From assembly GCA_023231475.1 (NCBI GenBank), contig JALJEE010000562.1, positions 1 to 64,000 of the forward strand: a stretch of DNA of 64,000 nt, written 5' to 3'. This stretch comes from Seison nebaliae (lineage: Eukaryota). Below, piece after piece: positions 51,421-64,000 of this stretch (position 1 is its first letter; each line of letters opens with the position of its first letter). Made by a program: the position numbers and the translations under genes. The notes under the pieces are model-generated. The model did no database searches. It was given only the letters and a program-made list of their open reading frames with translations, and was not told where the DNA came from.

Positions 51421-54400
51421 GGTTATAATATTACAAACGAAAAGTGAAACAAATTTCAGTTTGAGACGAGTTATTTTGGAGGTAAAATCATAAAAATAAC
51501 AATGAACTGAATTTTTTATAATTTTCTAATTTATTTAAATGCATAATTTATTTTATTAGGACACTTACAAATATGTAATAAGAAGTTCGATTATTTCTAA
51601 GTATATTGATAAAATTTCACTGATTTTATAAATATTAGACATGTATCACAAAAGATGTAAAATCCTTAAAAATGGTTAATAACCGGTAGAATGCTATTCA
51701 TTGAATAAACGAGTACATTCTTCGCCAAATTGCAATTTGAATATTTTTCTCCATAATTTTTAGAGTGAATTCATTTCCGTCACATTAATTAGTTACTGAA
51801 AACAGAGTTTCCCTAGAAAAAATTCCCCTCTCGCATTATTTTAGCTCATTTTTTTATAAGGATAATTATACGGAATTTGGGAGAGGTTAAATGTTTTGTT
51901 CGATTTATTGAATTTTATGGAGAACTTTCACGTTCACATTATTATTTGTTGTCAATGAATAATAATAATGAAAGTAATATCGGTTTTCCATAAAATTTTA
52001 TTTTAATTTGTTCGCTACATTGAAATTTATAAAAATTGAGAAAAACTGTTTTCTCACCGAACATACTGTTTAACTTACAAGAACATAGGAATATCATTGA
52101 AAAAGATGAAGATTGATTATATTATTTTCGATTTATCAGTTATATAAAATTCTTGAAAAAAGTTCAATTTGTTCAGTTGGAAGAAAAACAAATTGTCATA
52201 GGTATAATATTATCGTAATTAATTCTCACACATTTTCTTCCTAATGTAGATTTTATGCAAATTTATTATTTATGTTCAGCTCATTCATTTTTTAAGAATG
52301 TCAAGTTAGAATTTTATTCCATTTTGAGCTTACCAATTTTCCAGTGGATGAAAGAAAATTAAGGAATAAATTTGGAGGAAATAAGATAATTTATGATGAG
52401 ATTAGTATGACGAGTTGATGGAGAAAACCGGTGAAAATGAATGTGAATAAATGCGAATTACTCATCATTGTTATGGTGATATGATATATGTGGAAATGAG
52501 AAAACTCGCCGATAATTGATTAGGTTAAAGACGATGCAAAATTTTCTGATCACAGATAATAAATGATAAGGAAATCGTTGAGAGTGACTGATAAATGAAT
52601 ATAATTATTGATTGTTGTCTCATTTATGAATAAATCATTCTAATTTTACATTTTCCTATGATAAATGAAATTATGGTGCAGTATATTCGTATCTGCATGG
52701 TAAGTGCACCGACGACTAAGTTGAAGTGAAATTGTAGGGGAAAACCAATAATTTTATTAGCAGATATGTTAATAAATAGAAGAATAATGAATGAATGAAT
52801 AGAATGTAAATTATTTATTACCCAACATTTTTGTGGAGGAATGAAAATTTCGGTTTTCATGCGACATGGGAAAAAAAGTTAATTTTCAACCGATTCTTTC
52901 AATTATCGTCCAAGAAGACGGAATGTCATCATCTTTCTTATTTGATGAGATGAGAATTGGAGGGTTGCCCAAAATAGTGTGAAAATTGGGGAATGATTAT
53001 TTATGACAAAATTTACATAAATGTTCCTGTCTATTTCCGGTGTGTTCTTTAAAACCAAATTATCATTCGAAACGGTAGGAATCATACGAACTGGCTGGAA
53101 TTGGACTAACAACGAATATATTCTTCTTTTCGTTCCTTAGGTTTCCTTCTCTGCCCCACTTACTTTCCGTGAGGAATAAGATGGATACTAATTACATAAT
53201 TCTCATTCCTACCATCATGCATCGATATATTTCCATAAACACCAATTTTTAATTAGATAATTTTTTAGGGGGAGAAAGAAAACGATGTTAGTGAAATAAC
53301 AAGAAAATCAAATAACACTTCACTCGATATATTTAGGGGATGGGGGAGAGAGTGGTTTAATCGAACATTTGTGGAGTGGCAACATGGATGAGAGGGAGAT
53401 ATCATCTGATGTAGTTGCAGGAACTTCATTCGAATGTTCTATCTCGTTCTAGTATCTTTAATCATTCTCTTACCATAAGATGATGATAACATATCGCCAT
53501 AAACAGATATATTAATGTTTACGGTTTCATACTCTAACAATTTCTTTAGGATGAAAGAGAAGAAGTTAAATTGATTATATTATTCCTAGTTCAATCAACA
53601 ATAGTTCGTTATTACTTCTAGTTCAAGCGCTATATATATTGCTTCTTGAGCATGATGAATGATGATCTCATTATCTCTACAATATGTTCTTCTTTGAGGA
53701 AGTGGTTGTGACAATAAAGTTGATGATTATAATACTACAAAAAACTTCTTTCATGACATGAAACTATTGGCATGAATGTATCTCATTCTTTTATTCCATC
53801 GAAGGCAAAAACTCTTCTCAATCAATAACCGAATAATATTTTACAAATATTCTTTCTCAATAATCGTCGCTCAACGACGTTGTCTAACAAAAAGAATAGT
53901 TGCTCCTAAAACTACCATAATATTTTTAAAATTTTTCTCAAAAATTTAATTCAAACTGAAAGTGGAAAGGAATTAGGAATGAATAAGTAAACGAATGAAA
54001 ACAGTTTACTAATACAGATCTTTCGGAATTAAATTTACGAATTTCCAAATTTCTTCATTTTGATCAGATCCTCATGAAATGGATGAGAACGAAATTATTT
54101 GAATGATATCGTTTCTCTCGTGAGAGAAGTTGCATCGAAAGGAGACTCTTTGGAATAAAAGGAAACATATCAATTATACGAACAATTATAATCAGATGTG
54201 TATATTAGAGATAGAAGTAGAAATCAACCGAACATATTCTCGACTATTGCATGTGTTCGATTAGGTCGAATGGGAAATCAATTGCTGCTTATTATATGTA
54301 CTATATCCAATTTTACACATTCTCATTCCACACTTCCAAATCATGAATGAATAACCAAATGAATATCAGATGTACATCATCCATTCCATATCTATCTATC

Positions 54401-57400
54401 AATCCATAAACTATTTATCTTAATCGAATAATTCACTATATTAACGTAAATTTAGGATGGACGTCTCTCGATATGAACATATAGAAATATGATGATGAAT
54501 ACAATTGTTTAAAAAATATCTTCAAACTTTTCCTTCTTATATTTCCACATCCTCTCACACACTTAATCATCAGTCAATTTCTAGGGGAAATTTATAATTT
54601 TCATTATATTATCTGATTATTATAGTTATCGTCCGAAGTTATTTTATCCTCCAACTACTACATCTGCATCTTTATAATTAAACAGTCCAATCCTCCAACT
54701 TGATAGTTGGCTCAATCAGTCAAAATTCAAAATATGTTTAACGTAAACATTGAGAAATCATTATCCAAAAATTGGAGCTAATTAAAATATTTTACGTATA
54801 TACCTTCAATTTGAATGACTCCAACAATTTATAAGTAATTCCACTCAGATCTAACTCGCAAACATTCTGCTTTCGTCTTAAAGAGGAAGTTATGTAACTT
54901 AGTTTTTGATATAATTTTGCAACATTCACTGAATCGAAAATGAAAAATCATTCTCAAATTTTTTATTCCATTTTCCCATGATTGCGAAGGAACGATAAGA
55001 TTAATCACGATTAATCTGTCCATTAGGTTTTATATCGTTAACGAAATTGCGTCATTCGAAAAAAAAACGTATTCATCCAAAGAATCCTGAAGCTTCGCCT
55101 TAAAACCAAGACAAAAACATAACGGAAGATGTTGACTGTTATTGACCGTTATCCATTTTCCCAGTTGTTAATACTAGATAATTATATTTCACCTGCAAGC
55201 ACGATTCCATACGAATAATCCTCATTAATTGTATAACTTCAGATAATATTAAAATGTTTATTCTTCTGATTATAGCACGCTCACTGATCTGGGTTTATTA
55301 TAGGTCGAAATTTTTTTAATATTTCCATTTTTTTGAGTCAAATGTTCCATAAGCATAGATTTTTATTTATCTTGTGCATAAAGCTAAAAGTAGATCATCC
55401 GTCTAATGATATATCATCGATCGATGAATAAGATAATATGAGAAAATAGATATCCTTCTCCAGGCAGATAATCCAACATGTTTGCATAAATCGTAATCAC
55501 AACATTCTCTATTTATAGAATAGTTTCGATGGAGTAGACATTTCTGTCGGTTTCCCGATAGAACCAGTTCAGAAAAAAATGGAAAAAAATTCAGAATTAT
55601 AAATTTATTCAAGAATTTAGTGATGATTTTGAATGACAATTATAAATATAAATGAAAATAAATTTTGGTTAAGAAGAGCCGTTCACACGTTTTCAGTCGG
55701 TTAATCTGATTTTCTTCATTGTTTTCTTCTCCATTATTTTCTTCCATACCATATTACCTTTCTGATATTGAGATGAAATATATGATAGATTGAATGTCGA
55801 ATAAATTGTTAATGACATGCATCTTTTTATCCAATTTTCCTTTTATAATCGAATTCCACACTCACATGACAATGGTCGAAAGTAATACTCTTTTCATTAC
55901 ATACTCGATATAATACCGATATTATGTAATAATTAAGAAGTTCTGATATAGTGTCTGTCTAAACCCATTAATAAATGGATAGATACTCGAAATATAGATA
56001 CATTATCTCATCTCAACTTCCTAAACGATTTTTTACACAATATTTGCTTCTTACTTGCTTCATCGAAGTTTGCTCGAATTATCATAAAATTTCGCTTAAG
56101 GGAGAATAACTTGGAAAGTTGTTTATCATCAATGTCAATTTCGAATCAGCTTTCGAAGGAAAATCCTATTTTTTGCTTAAGTTTATCTTCAAAGAATTCT
56201 TTCACTTTCACTTTCTACTCATTTAATACTTTTTTCTGATATATCTTTTAAATCTCCCGATATTCTCCCAATGTGAACAATTTAAGACTGTTGTTCGTTA
56301 TTTATGTTCATATAGAACCAAATAGTTCTTATCTTTCATCTCTATCTAATGCCAAGAGTGTACTGAAAAACTTCCAGGTGGAATGAGTATATACAATGAC
56401 AATTTAATGTTTTTGTCAATTATTTCGTGAATTTATTTCCTATTTCATAATTTATCCAAAATTTGGATTGTGTTTGAATGAATAATAATAATTTACAAAT
56501 TCAGTTAATGTTTAAGTGATTATCCAATGATGTGAAATGACGTTACCAAGAATTAGACAGATGAACTCGAAAGACGTACCAAGGACAAACAGATATTTAA
56601 TCGCAGTTCGATTCACTCGATGTAACAGAAAAAGATTAATTTGGAATGACATCCATCTATATTTGATTAATTCATTGATAATACATATACTCATTGAAAT
56701 TAATAAATTAATTTTCCTTTATTGAATCACTTCCATTCCGATGGTCATATGTCGATATTTCCCATTATCTTCACATTATCTAAATCTTCATAATTCTCCT
56801 GTGATGTCAATCCATAAATGTTTGATTAGAAATTATGTTGCAACGATGAAATTGAAGTGGAATAACTGTTAAGAATCTAAAGTTCTCTGTTGGCAGAAAT
56901 TTTCACAAACTCATTAGAGATTTTTATTTTTTCTTTTTCCGATAGGAAAAAAAAAGAAATTTGGAATATTTTCGATTTTTTATGTGTTTGACTGGGATGA
57001 ATTGTCGGTATATCATCCTTAGTATAATTATCTTAATCAGATTATCGGAATACTCGTGAATATATTTCCATCATGGCTACTACTTCTACTCCCATCAATC
57101 AATTAATATTTGGGTACCGATGAGAGATGAGTAATTGGAAGGAAGAATTATGATTCCATTATTATCTCGCATCTTTTGTTCCCAATTGACGTAATTAAGA
57201 TTTAATCTTATTTGATGAAATAACTTTCCAATCAATTTTCTTCCAAAAGAAAAAAAGAGAATTCTATTTAAAGAGCTGACGCGAGCAACAGGTAAGAATC
57301 ACCATATTTTATGATGTTCTTCGCATGCAATCTTCAACATTCGTTCGAATAATGCGATTTGGCTATACATCAGATTTCAATTAAAAAAATTGGATATTTC

Positions 57401-59047
57401 TGCCTTAGTGATCGTGTTAGAATAAAAGTTGCTTCGCTCATCCCTCCCCAACATTTCTCCGCTTTACCAAACCATCCCAATTATTTTCGTACGATATACG
57501 GAAAACATGTAATCTCATTCTGTAATTTCTAATTAGTTCATTCGAATATTATTCTTCTTATTAATATTGGAAGAAAGAAGAAAGGAGAAAATTATTCGTT
57601 ATCATTCGCACCGGTTCTACAGCAGGAACTGTCCAGTAACAAATTTTTACGGCTTTTTTTCCGTGATAAATCAATATTATGTAACATTCTCAAGATTTCA
57701 TAAGATGTTAATTGTATTAGTTAATTTTATTACATTATAATATTTACTTAACCAAATTCTTTCCTTTCCATCTTCTTCCATTTCCCCCCTCCTTTCCCGA
57801 TATATACCATTGGAATGGATGAACAATTATTGAGATGGGCATATTTATGTTGACTCATAAGAAAAAGGAGTATATTCGAATGAAGGCAATAAATGTTTCT
57901 TATGTTATTTCAAAAAAAAAATTGTTAATTACTTCAAACTTTTTTCGGTATCGTTCCAAAAAACCTTCTGAGGAAAAATTGAGAGAAGGATGATATTAGA
58001 ATGAATGTGGAATAATGTACAATAAATATTCATTAATTATCCATTAAGAATTTTAGCGCAACTTGGTACCATGAATTGAGAACAGAAACTTACCCTTCTG
58101 TTTCTTACCAAATTACCTTACCATTTTCTCGTTTTAATATTTCTTTCATCGGTCAATAAAGAGGAATAATGGTGGGAGGTGATGGAAGTAGCTTGAAGAC
58201 TAGTCTTCTTCCGAATTGATGAGAAGAAAAGAAGATTTATGAAAGTTTTTGTCAGATAATTATCTCAATAACTAGTCGTATTGATATGTAGCTTGGTTAG
58301 GGAAAGAAATATAAATGCCATCATTAACATTGCTTCATAGATCGATAATCGCTAATTTGTCAATTATTTACCTATTCGTCTGAACAACGAGTTCAGTTTA
58401 GTGGATGGTTCGTTAAGAATGGAGGAAGAGTTTAGAAGACGTCAGGACAAAAGAGTCCGATATACAAAAGAAACAAGTGAAATGATATTTAAGGGGATGA
58501 GTAATGAGATATCGAATAATCTATTTTCTTTTATTTATGATCCTTTTCCTATCGGTTATTTTGTCAAATCGCTCTTTTTGTCCTATCACCAGATTATGAG
58601 AACCGTTAAGAAATGAGGGGAATGGAAGAAGAATCGATAGTAAGAATAACAATTATTTCAACAATCAATGATTCCATCTTTTCATTCTCCCTCAAATAGA
58701 GATAGGATTATGTAGCAATAACAAGAACAACAATCAATCGATCAATCAATCAATTCAATGACTATGAGAGGAGATGAATAAAAATAACAAGGAGTTTCAT
58801 TTGTGCATTTGTGAAATTTGTATTTTAAGAATACGTATAGATAAACCTTTCAATGTTCTTCCATGAACCTTGTTCGTTTACTTCTTACCAAATACTTCAT
58901 TCTTCCATTCTCTTCTCACCCTCATGATTCTTAGTCATGTTGTTGTTGTTGTTGCTACGGAGAAAGTGTTTGGTGATGTATAATGTTGTTGAGGAAATTT
59001 TAGCAACAATCAATCTATTTAACGCTTGTTCGTCTATTGGCAAACAA

Positions 59048-59084
59048 AGATAGATAGATAGATAGATAGATCGATCGATAGATA
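59048..59084. repeat. (GATA)n microsatellite
   Basis: Tandem GATA/GATC units. Confidence 0.85.
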
Positions 59085-62000
59085 CCACCAATAGTACGAT
59101 TCCCATTTAAGATATTCATATTTCTTGCCGAAAGCCTATTTTTAACCTTAATTCTTATCCAACATCTCATCCTTCCATTTCCCATCAAACCATCGACCGA
59201 TACATATTCCATATACGTTGATAGCAGTCAGGAAAGGAATAATTGAAAATTATAGTGAATGACGTCGAAAATGAGTTAGTTAGGATGAACTTAAACGAAG
59301 CCGAACAAATGGATGAATGTAAATAAAAAGAAAGAATTGTTGAGAACGATGCATAAGTGGATTCAACTATTTATTTTATGCCGATTGATGACAACTAACT
59401 ACACTTATCCAACTCGTTGTACAATCTTTTCGATTTTCATTTATTGGCAATTATGTGTCTTTTATTCATTTACTTCTTGCTCCAAAAAAGAAAACGAAGA
59501 AGAAAAGAAACGAGAATGAACAAATTATTCTTATTTCTTCTTCTTTCCTTCCTCTTTTCCTGTTTCTTCTTTCTTCTTTATCATCATCTTCCCCATCATC
59601 ATCATCATCATTTTCTTCTTCTTCTTCTCCATTTCAACGATATTTTAATTTTTGATATGAACTTATTATATTCTTACAAATTCCGTTTCGAGAACATTCT
59701 AGCAAGAAATGGAAGAAATCTAATTACTTAATCAACTATTTATTTCGTTAATGAAACTCGAGTGAATCGTCTTCTACAAATGATGAATTATTTTTTTTTC
59801 GAGGGAAATTGAGTTTAATGAGATTTTTACGATAAAATCAGTTCGTTCGCTGTCGAATGATTGAATAAAAATATTAATTGAAGTTTTCGCGTTAATCTCG
59901 CAGTCTATCTCGTAGAAGTCATCATTGTTCAATTCTTATTTGAGATGGGAGAAATGTCGTTCCATTCACTTTCTCTCCGAACATATTTCTCCATTGGTCC
60001 ACTACGAAATGGTAATTAGATTGATGAAAATACTCATGAACAATGACATAATTGAAATCGATATAAGACGGAATGCTCTCGATTACAGATGTTCATTCTT
60101 TAGCGTTTCATAATATTTTTTCTTAATCTTATCCTGCGTTCCAAATGGTCATTTCAATAACTTCATTTCAATATTTTCTTTCCATTTCTATTCCATTCAT
60201 TAATGAATTGCATATTTGTTATTGCACAATCGTTTACAATCTAATCCACACAGAAATAATAGAATATGAAATACCTTTATCGACTATCGAAGGACATTGT
60301 TCATTTATCTCCACTTGTCTCCGAGTAAGCAGTAGGAGCCAATACGGAATTTATTGATTAATATTCATCTATACTTAATATTGTTCGTTCGTTCGATGAT
60401 GATGGAAGATAAGGAACTGCATATTATTTTAGAGTGATTATATATATCTAAGGATTGTGTGGGAGAAATCACCTTTCGCAAGACACAATTCATCCTTTTT
60501 ACAAATATCGGTATCTAGTCAATCGATCCTCGTCAGACTTACTATTGATAATTGTTCGTTGAGTAGAAGTTATTCTTCTATCGGAGGAAATATTCGACAA
60601 TTATTCGGAAAGTTCTTTAGAAAAGAAGGAAATGAGATTTCTCCTCTACAATACACATTTCGAACGGTAAATTGAATGGAAATTCCCAATAGTTTAATAG
60701 TCAACAAACTTCTATTTCAAATAAATCGTTACTTTCCTCGAACGATGTCAAACTGTTGATGATTATTTTTATGCAGAGAAGATGTATTTCGTATCGAAGT
60801 TAATCGAAATCGTTTGTTTTGACGATGAACATTTTGCATTTCAAGATTATTATTATAATCGCTCATTAATGTGTTTCCAGTTGGATTGGGGGACGAACAG
60901 ATTTCATCTCTATGCATTTCTCCCACTATTATCCCAAAATAGTCGCTATATTTACATTAAGTGCTTCGACCGACGTAAGCAGATATAATAGACCGTATCT
61001 ATGTCATAAAATTTCATCTAATTCATGTAATGTTCTCTCAAAATAATTTTCAAGTGAAGTTCACATAAAAAAAGAAAGAATGAATGTCTGATTAAGTCTT
61101 ATTATTTTAATTATGACTCCGAACTTCATTGTTAGTATTCTCCATTGGAAGATCGTCATATCGATATATCGGCATGTGTAGACGGAATGTGTATGGAAGA
61201 TATAAATATTATAATTTTCTTGAGATAATTGTGGAGACGAAATTATATATGTTATATGAATTCTCCATTTATTTCTTCCAACATCATTCGGCACAAGGGA
61301 TATGTGATACATGTCGAAACAATTCCATCGATGATTATGTGCAATTTATATAAGGGCACATACGAGTGAAGTTGAGAAGGAAGAAACGGAGAATGATGTT
61401 CTATTACACGAAATGGGAAGCAAGTGCGCATTTGCTGATACATATATACGGATAAATATATTGTTCCATATCGACTACCATTATTTTCTGATGAGAATGA
61501 GTAAAATATTATTTTTTATTTGTCGTCATTGCCATTTCATGAATGGAACGCAATTGTCGTCATTTCTTCCCCTCCACATAGATTAAACATGCATCGATGC
61601 ATCTGTATGGATAATAGAAATAATGATACTCTACACATTTACACATTGGGCGAGTGATGTGTAGATTGCTTCTCTTCCATTCTCTTCTCGTTCATCTTCT
61701 TCCCATTCTAATTTTTCCTTTTGTTCCACTTGTGTATTCAACGAAAAAATAAACTGATGGGAAAAACTTGTAATAATATTTTCCTTTTCAATTTCAATCC
61801 ATTTCTTCATGTATTTATGGATTGGCTTAATAATTTCCGCGTACTTCCTAATCTTCATTCTCATACCACCAACTAGATGAATTCTCTCCTCCACACTTAT
61901 CAGAAGATAATGTAATAATAATAATTTTTGCTTGATCAAATATTTTCATCTTTTCTATACATCATGCTACTATACACTACTACGTACTAATTTTACTATT

Positions 62001-64000
62001 ACAACCATTAATCTAATCCTGCCCCGATGACTGCCGATGTATTTGTATATTCGCCACTCTGGCTGTTGTTCCAATTATCTCCACAATACATATAGTCGTC
62101 TGATGGCGAACAGGAATACTTATGGCAATTTATCAATAATTCTCTATATATACAAACACATTCGATCTCTCATTCAAAATAATTAGATAATTAAACAATT
62201 AATTCCATTTTGATTGTCGTCGCTTATTCCTGAATTATGTCATGTTTAATCATCATAATTAAATTTGCAGAGGGAAAGACGAGAAAAAACTGAAAAAGAA
62301 TTTTTCTTTACCATACTTCCGACTGGAAAGAAGATTAATTTGATAGGAATCAATCTGATAAGGTAACAAAAAATAATTGGAGAATCTTTATCTAAATTCA
62401 AATTGAAGACATAAATTCATTCCCACCAGTTAACTAATCGTCGTTCTATGACTATAAATTAAGTTAGATTTGTGTCATTGGAAGAACCATAATTTCAGAT
62501 ATAATTCCATTTGACGTCATCACTGAACATTTCGTTCTTGATATAAATGGAGGAACCTGTTCGTCAATCACAACGAGATAGTAGAATAATAAGTGTTGGC
62601 ACATCACATATAGACATGACTACGTGCTATCGATGTACATCTGGTATCATAAAAATATTTAAGAGGAATTTCATGCAACAAAGGAAATAATTGGATGCGA
62701 ATAGGCAACTGCGTAAATTGGCGATGATTAATTTCCGCTTGAAACTATTATGTTCCGTCGTTTGTATTTAATCGAATTATTTAGGAAACACTCTCACAAT
62801 TTCTTCATTGTTCGATGGAGAAAAGTAGTCAGGTGGAATCAGTAAAGGATTATTTTCGTTAGATATCATTTAATTGTGGAAGGATTGATCAGTTGCATTG
62901 ATAGGAGAAAAGATCGGCAGAGTAGAAAATCGATTAATTTCCAGTTCGTTAGAAAATCGAAATGGGATTGTTTAAGAAACTGATCGTCTGATGTTAACGG
63001 AAGAGGAAGGAAGTGAAAGTAATAGAAGATGGATGTTGTTTGGGATATTCATAAGAAGATGAACGGAATGACACATCACTTAAGAATAAACATTTACGAT
63101 TAAACGTATGTCGATTGATGGTTGAAATAAGAAATGGTTTAAGAAGGAATTACAGTAAAAGGAGTTTATGCGCACCCAGATTGGAGGAGATGGAGAAATA
63201 CATTGACACATTATCATCATTATGATTTTTTGGGGAGTAAATGAATTAAGTGAATGTTAAGCAAGATATTCATCCGATTTCCATTGATATTTACATGAAA
63301 AGACAGAATATATTTATATAATTTCAGACATGTACTTCAGGCATTCGAGAGCGAGATGTATACATGTGCTCGATATGAGACCATTGAAACTAGTGCGTAT
63401 GAGACGAAAGAACCATTTGTCGAATAGTATTATCATTATATGCGTTTTGATAATGTTGAATGATTAGAGTGATTGTCGTCTTCCGTTCGATTGAATTAAA
63501 AAAAGGAGGTCGTCCTTCAAACAAGAGTATTAAATTCGTTGCGCTGATGGGCAATCAATCACTGAAGTGTAAATATGTACATAGAAATGAATGCGACTTC
63601 CTTTCCATTCCTGTCAACTGCATAGGAATTATAAATATCTGAGAATGCATTGTTTGTACCAGCAGATAAGAAAAGTCAAGCGAATTAAGTTGAAATGAGT
63701 GAAATAAAAATATTATAATAATTCTGGAGAAATATTTACATTATTCATTTACAAATATACAATTATAATTAGACGAATATTCATTCCACATTCTCCTTTT
63801 CATACTTTCAACAATTAATTCCATTTTATTCTTGCCCAATTGATAATTATATCAATATTTCCCCTTCCCTCAACTACCTTTCACCTTCTCCTACAAATAT
63901 GACAAACATTCCACTCAATTCGCCATTTCAACCATTTCCATCTCAATAATTCTACCACTCTCCTTCATTATTCCCATTCCACAGAATGATTATCTGCATT

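Noticed and set aside
1..64000. tRNA, rRNA or snRNA genes, including a variant U1
   Set aside because: None recognisable by eye. A covariance-model search is needed to exclude them.

Overview
AT-rich eukaryotic DNA, most likely from a ciliated invertebrate animal (inferred from SVOP, trichoplein, IQCG/DRC9, an M13 peptidase, an S1 protease and RFX X-boxes). The first 17 kb is gene-dense. It holds SVOP, a stand-alone NRPS-type adenylation enzyme, TRAPPC12, TCHP, a secreted S1 serine protease, a Lys/Arg/Ser-rich basic protein and IQCG. The rest is mostly non-coding, with decayed transposon traces, two large low-complexity ORFs and a divergent neprilysin-like gene. The main signal is splicing. 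I reconstructed 40 introns by hand from reading-frame continuity and protein homology. Of these, 37 begin with GTT, only 3 begin with GTA, and none has GTAAG or GTGAG. 33 of 40 are 40-62 nt long, the exonic -1 base is more often A than G, and AAG acceptors are common. This suggests a rewired 5' splice-site recognition system. The second notable signal is an intron-containing NRPS-like adenylation gene with no carrier domain, a horizontal-transfer candidate. All gene models are manual and lack transcript confirmation.
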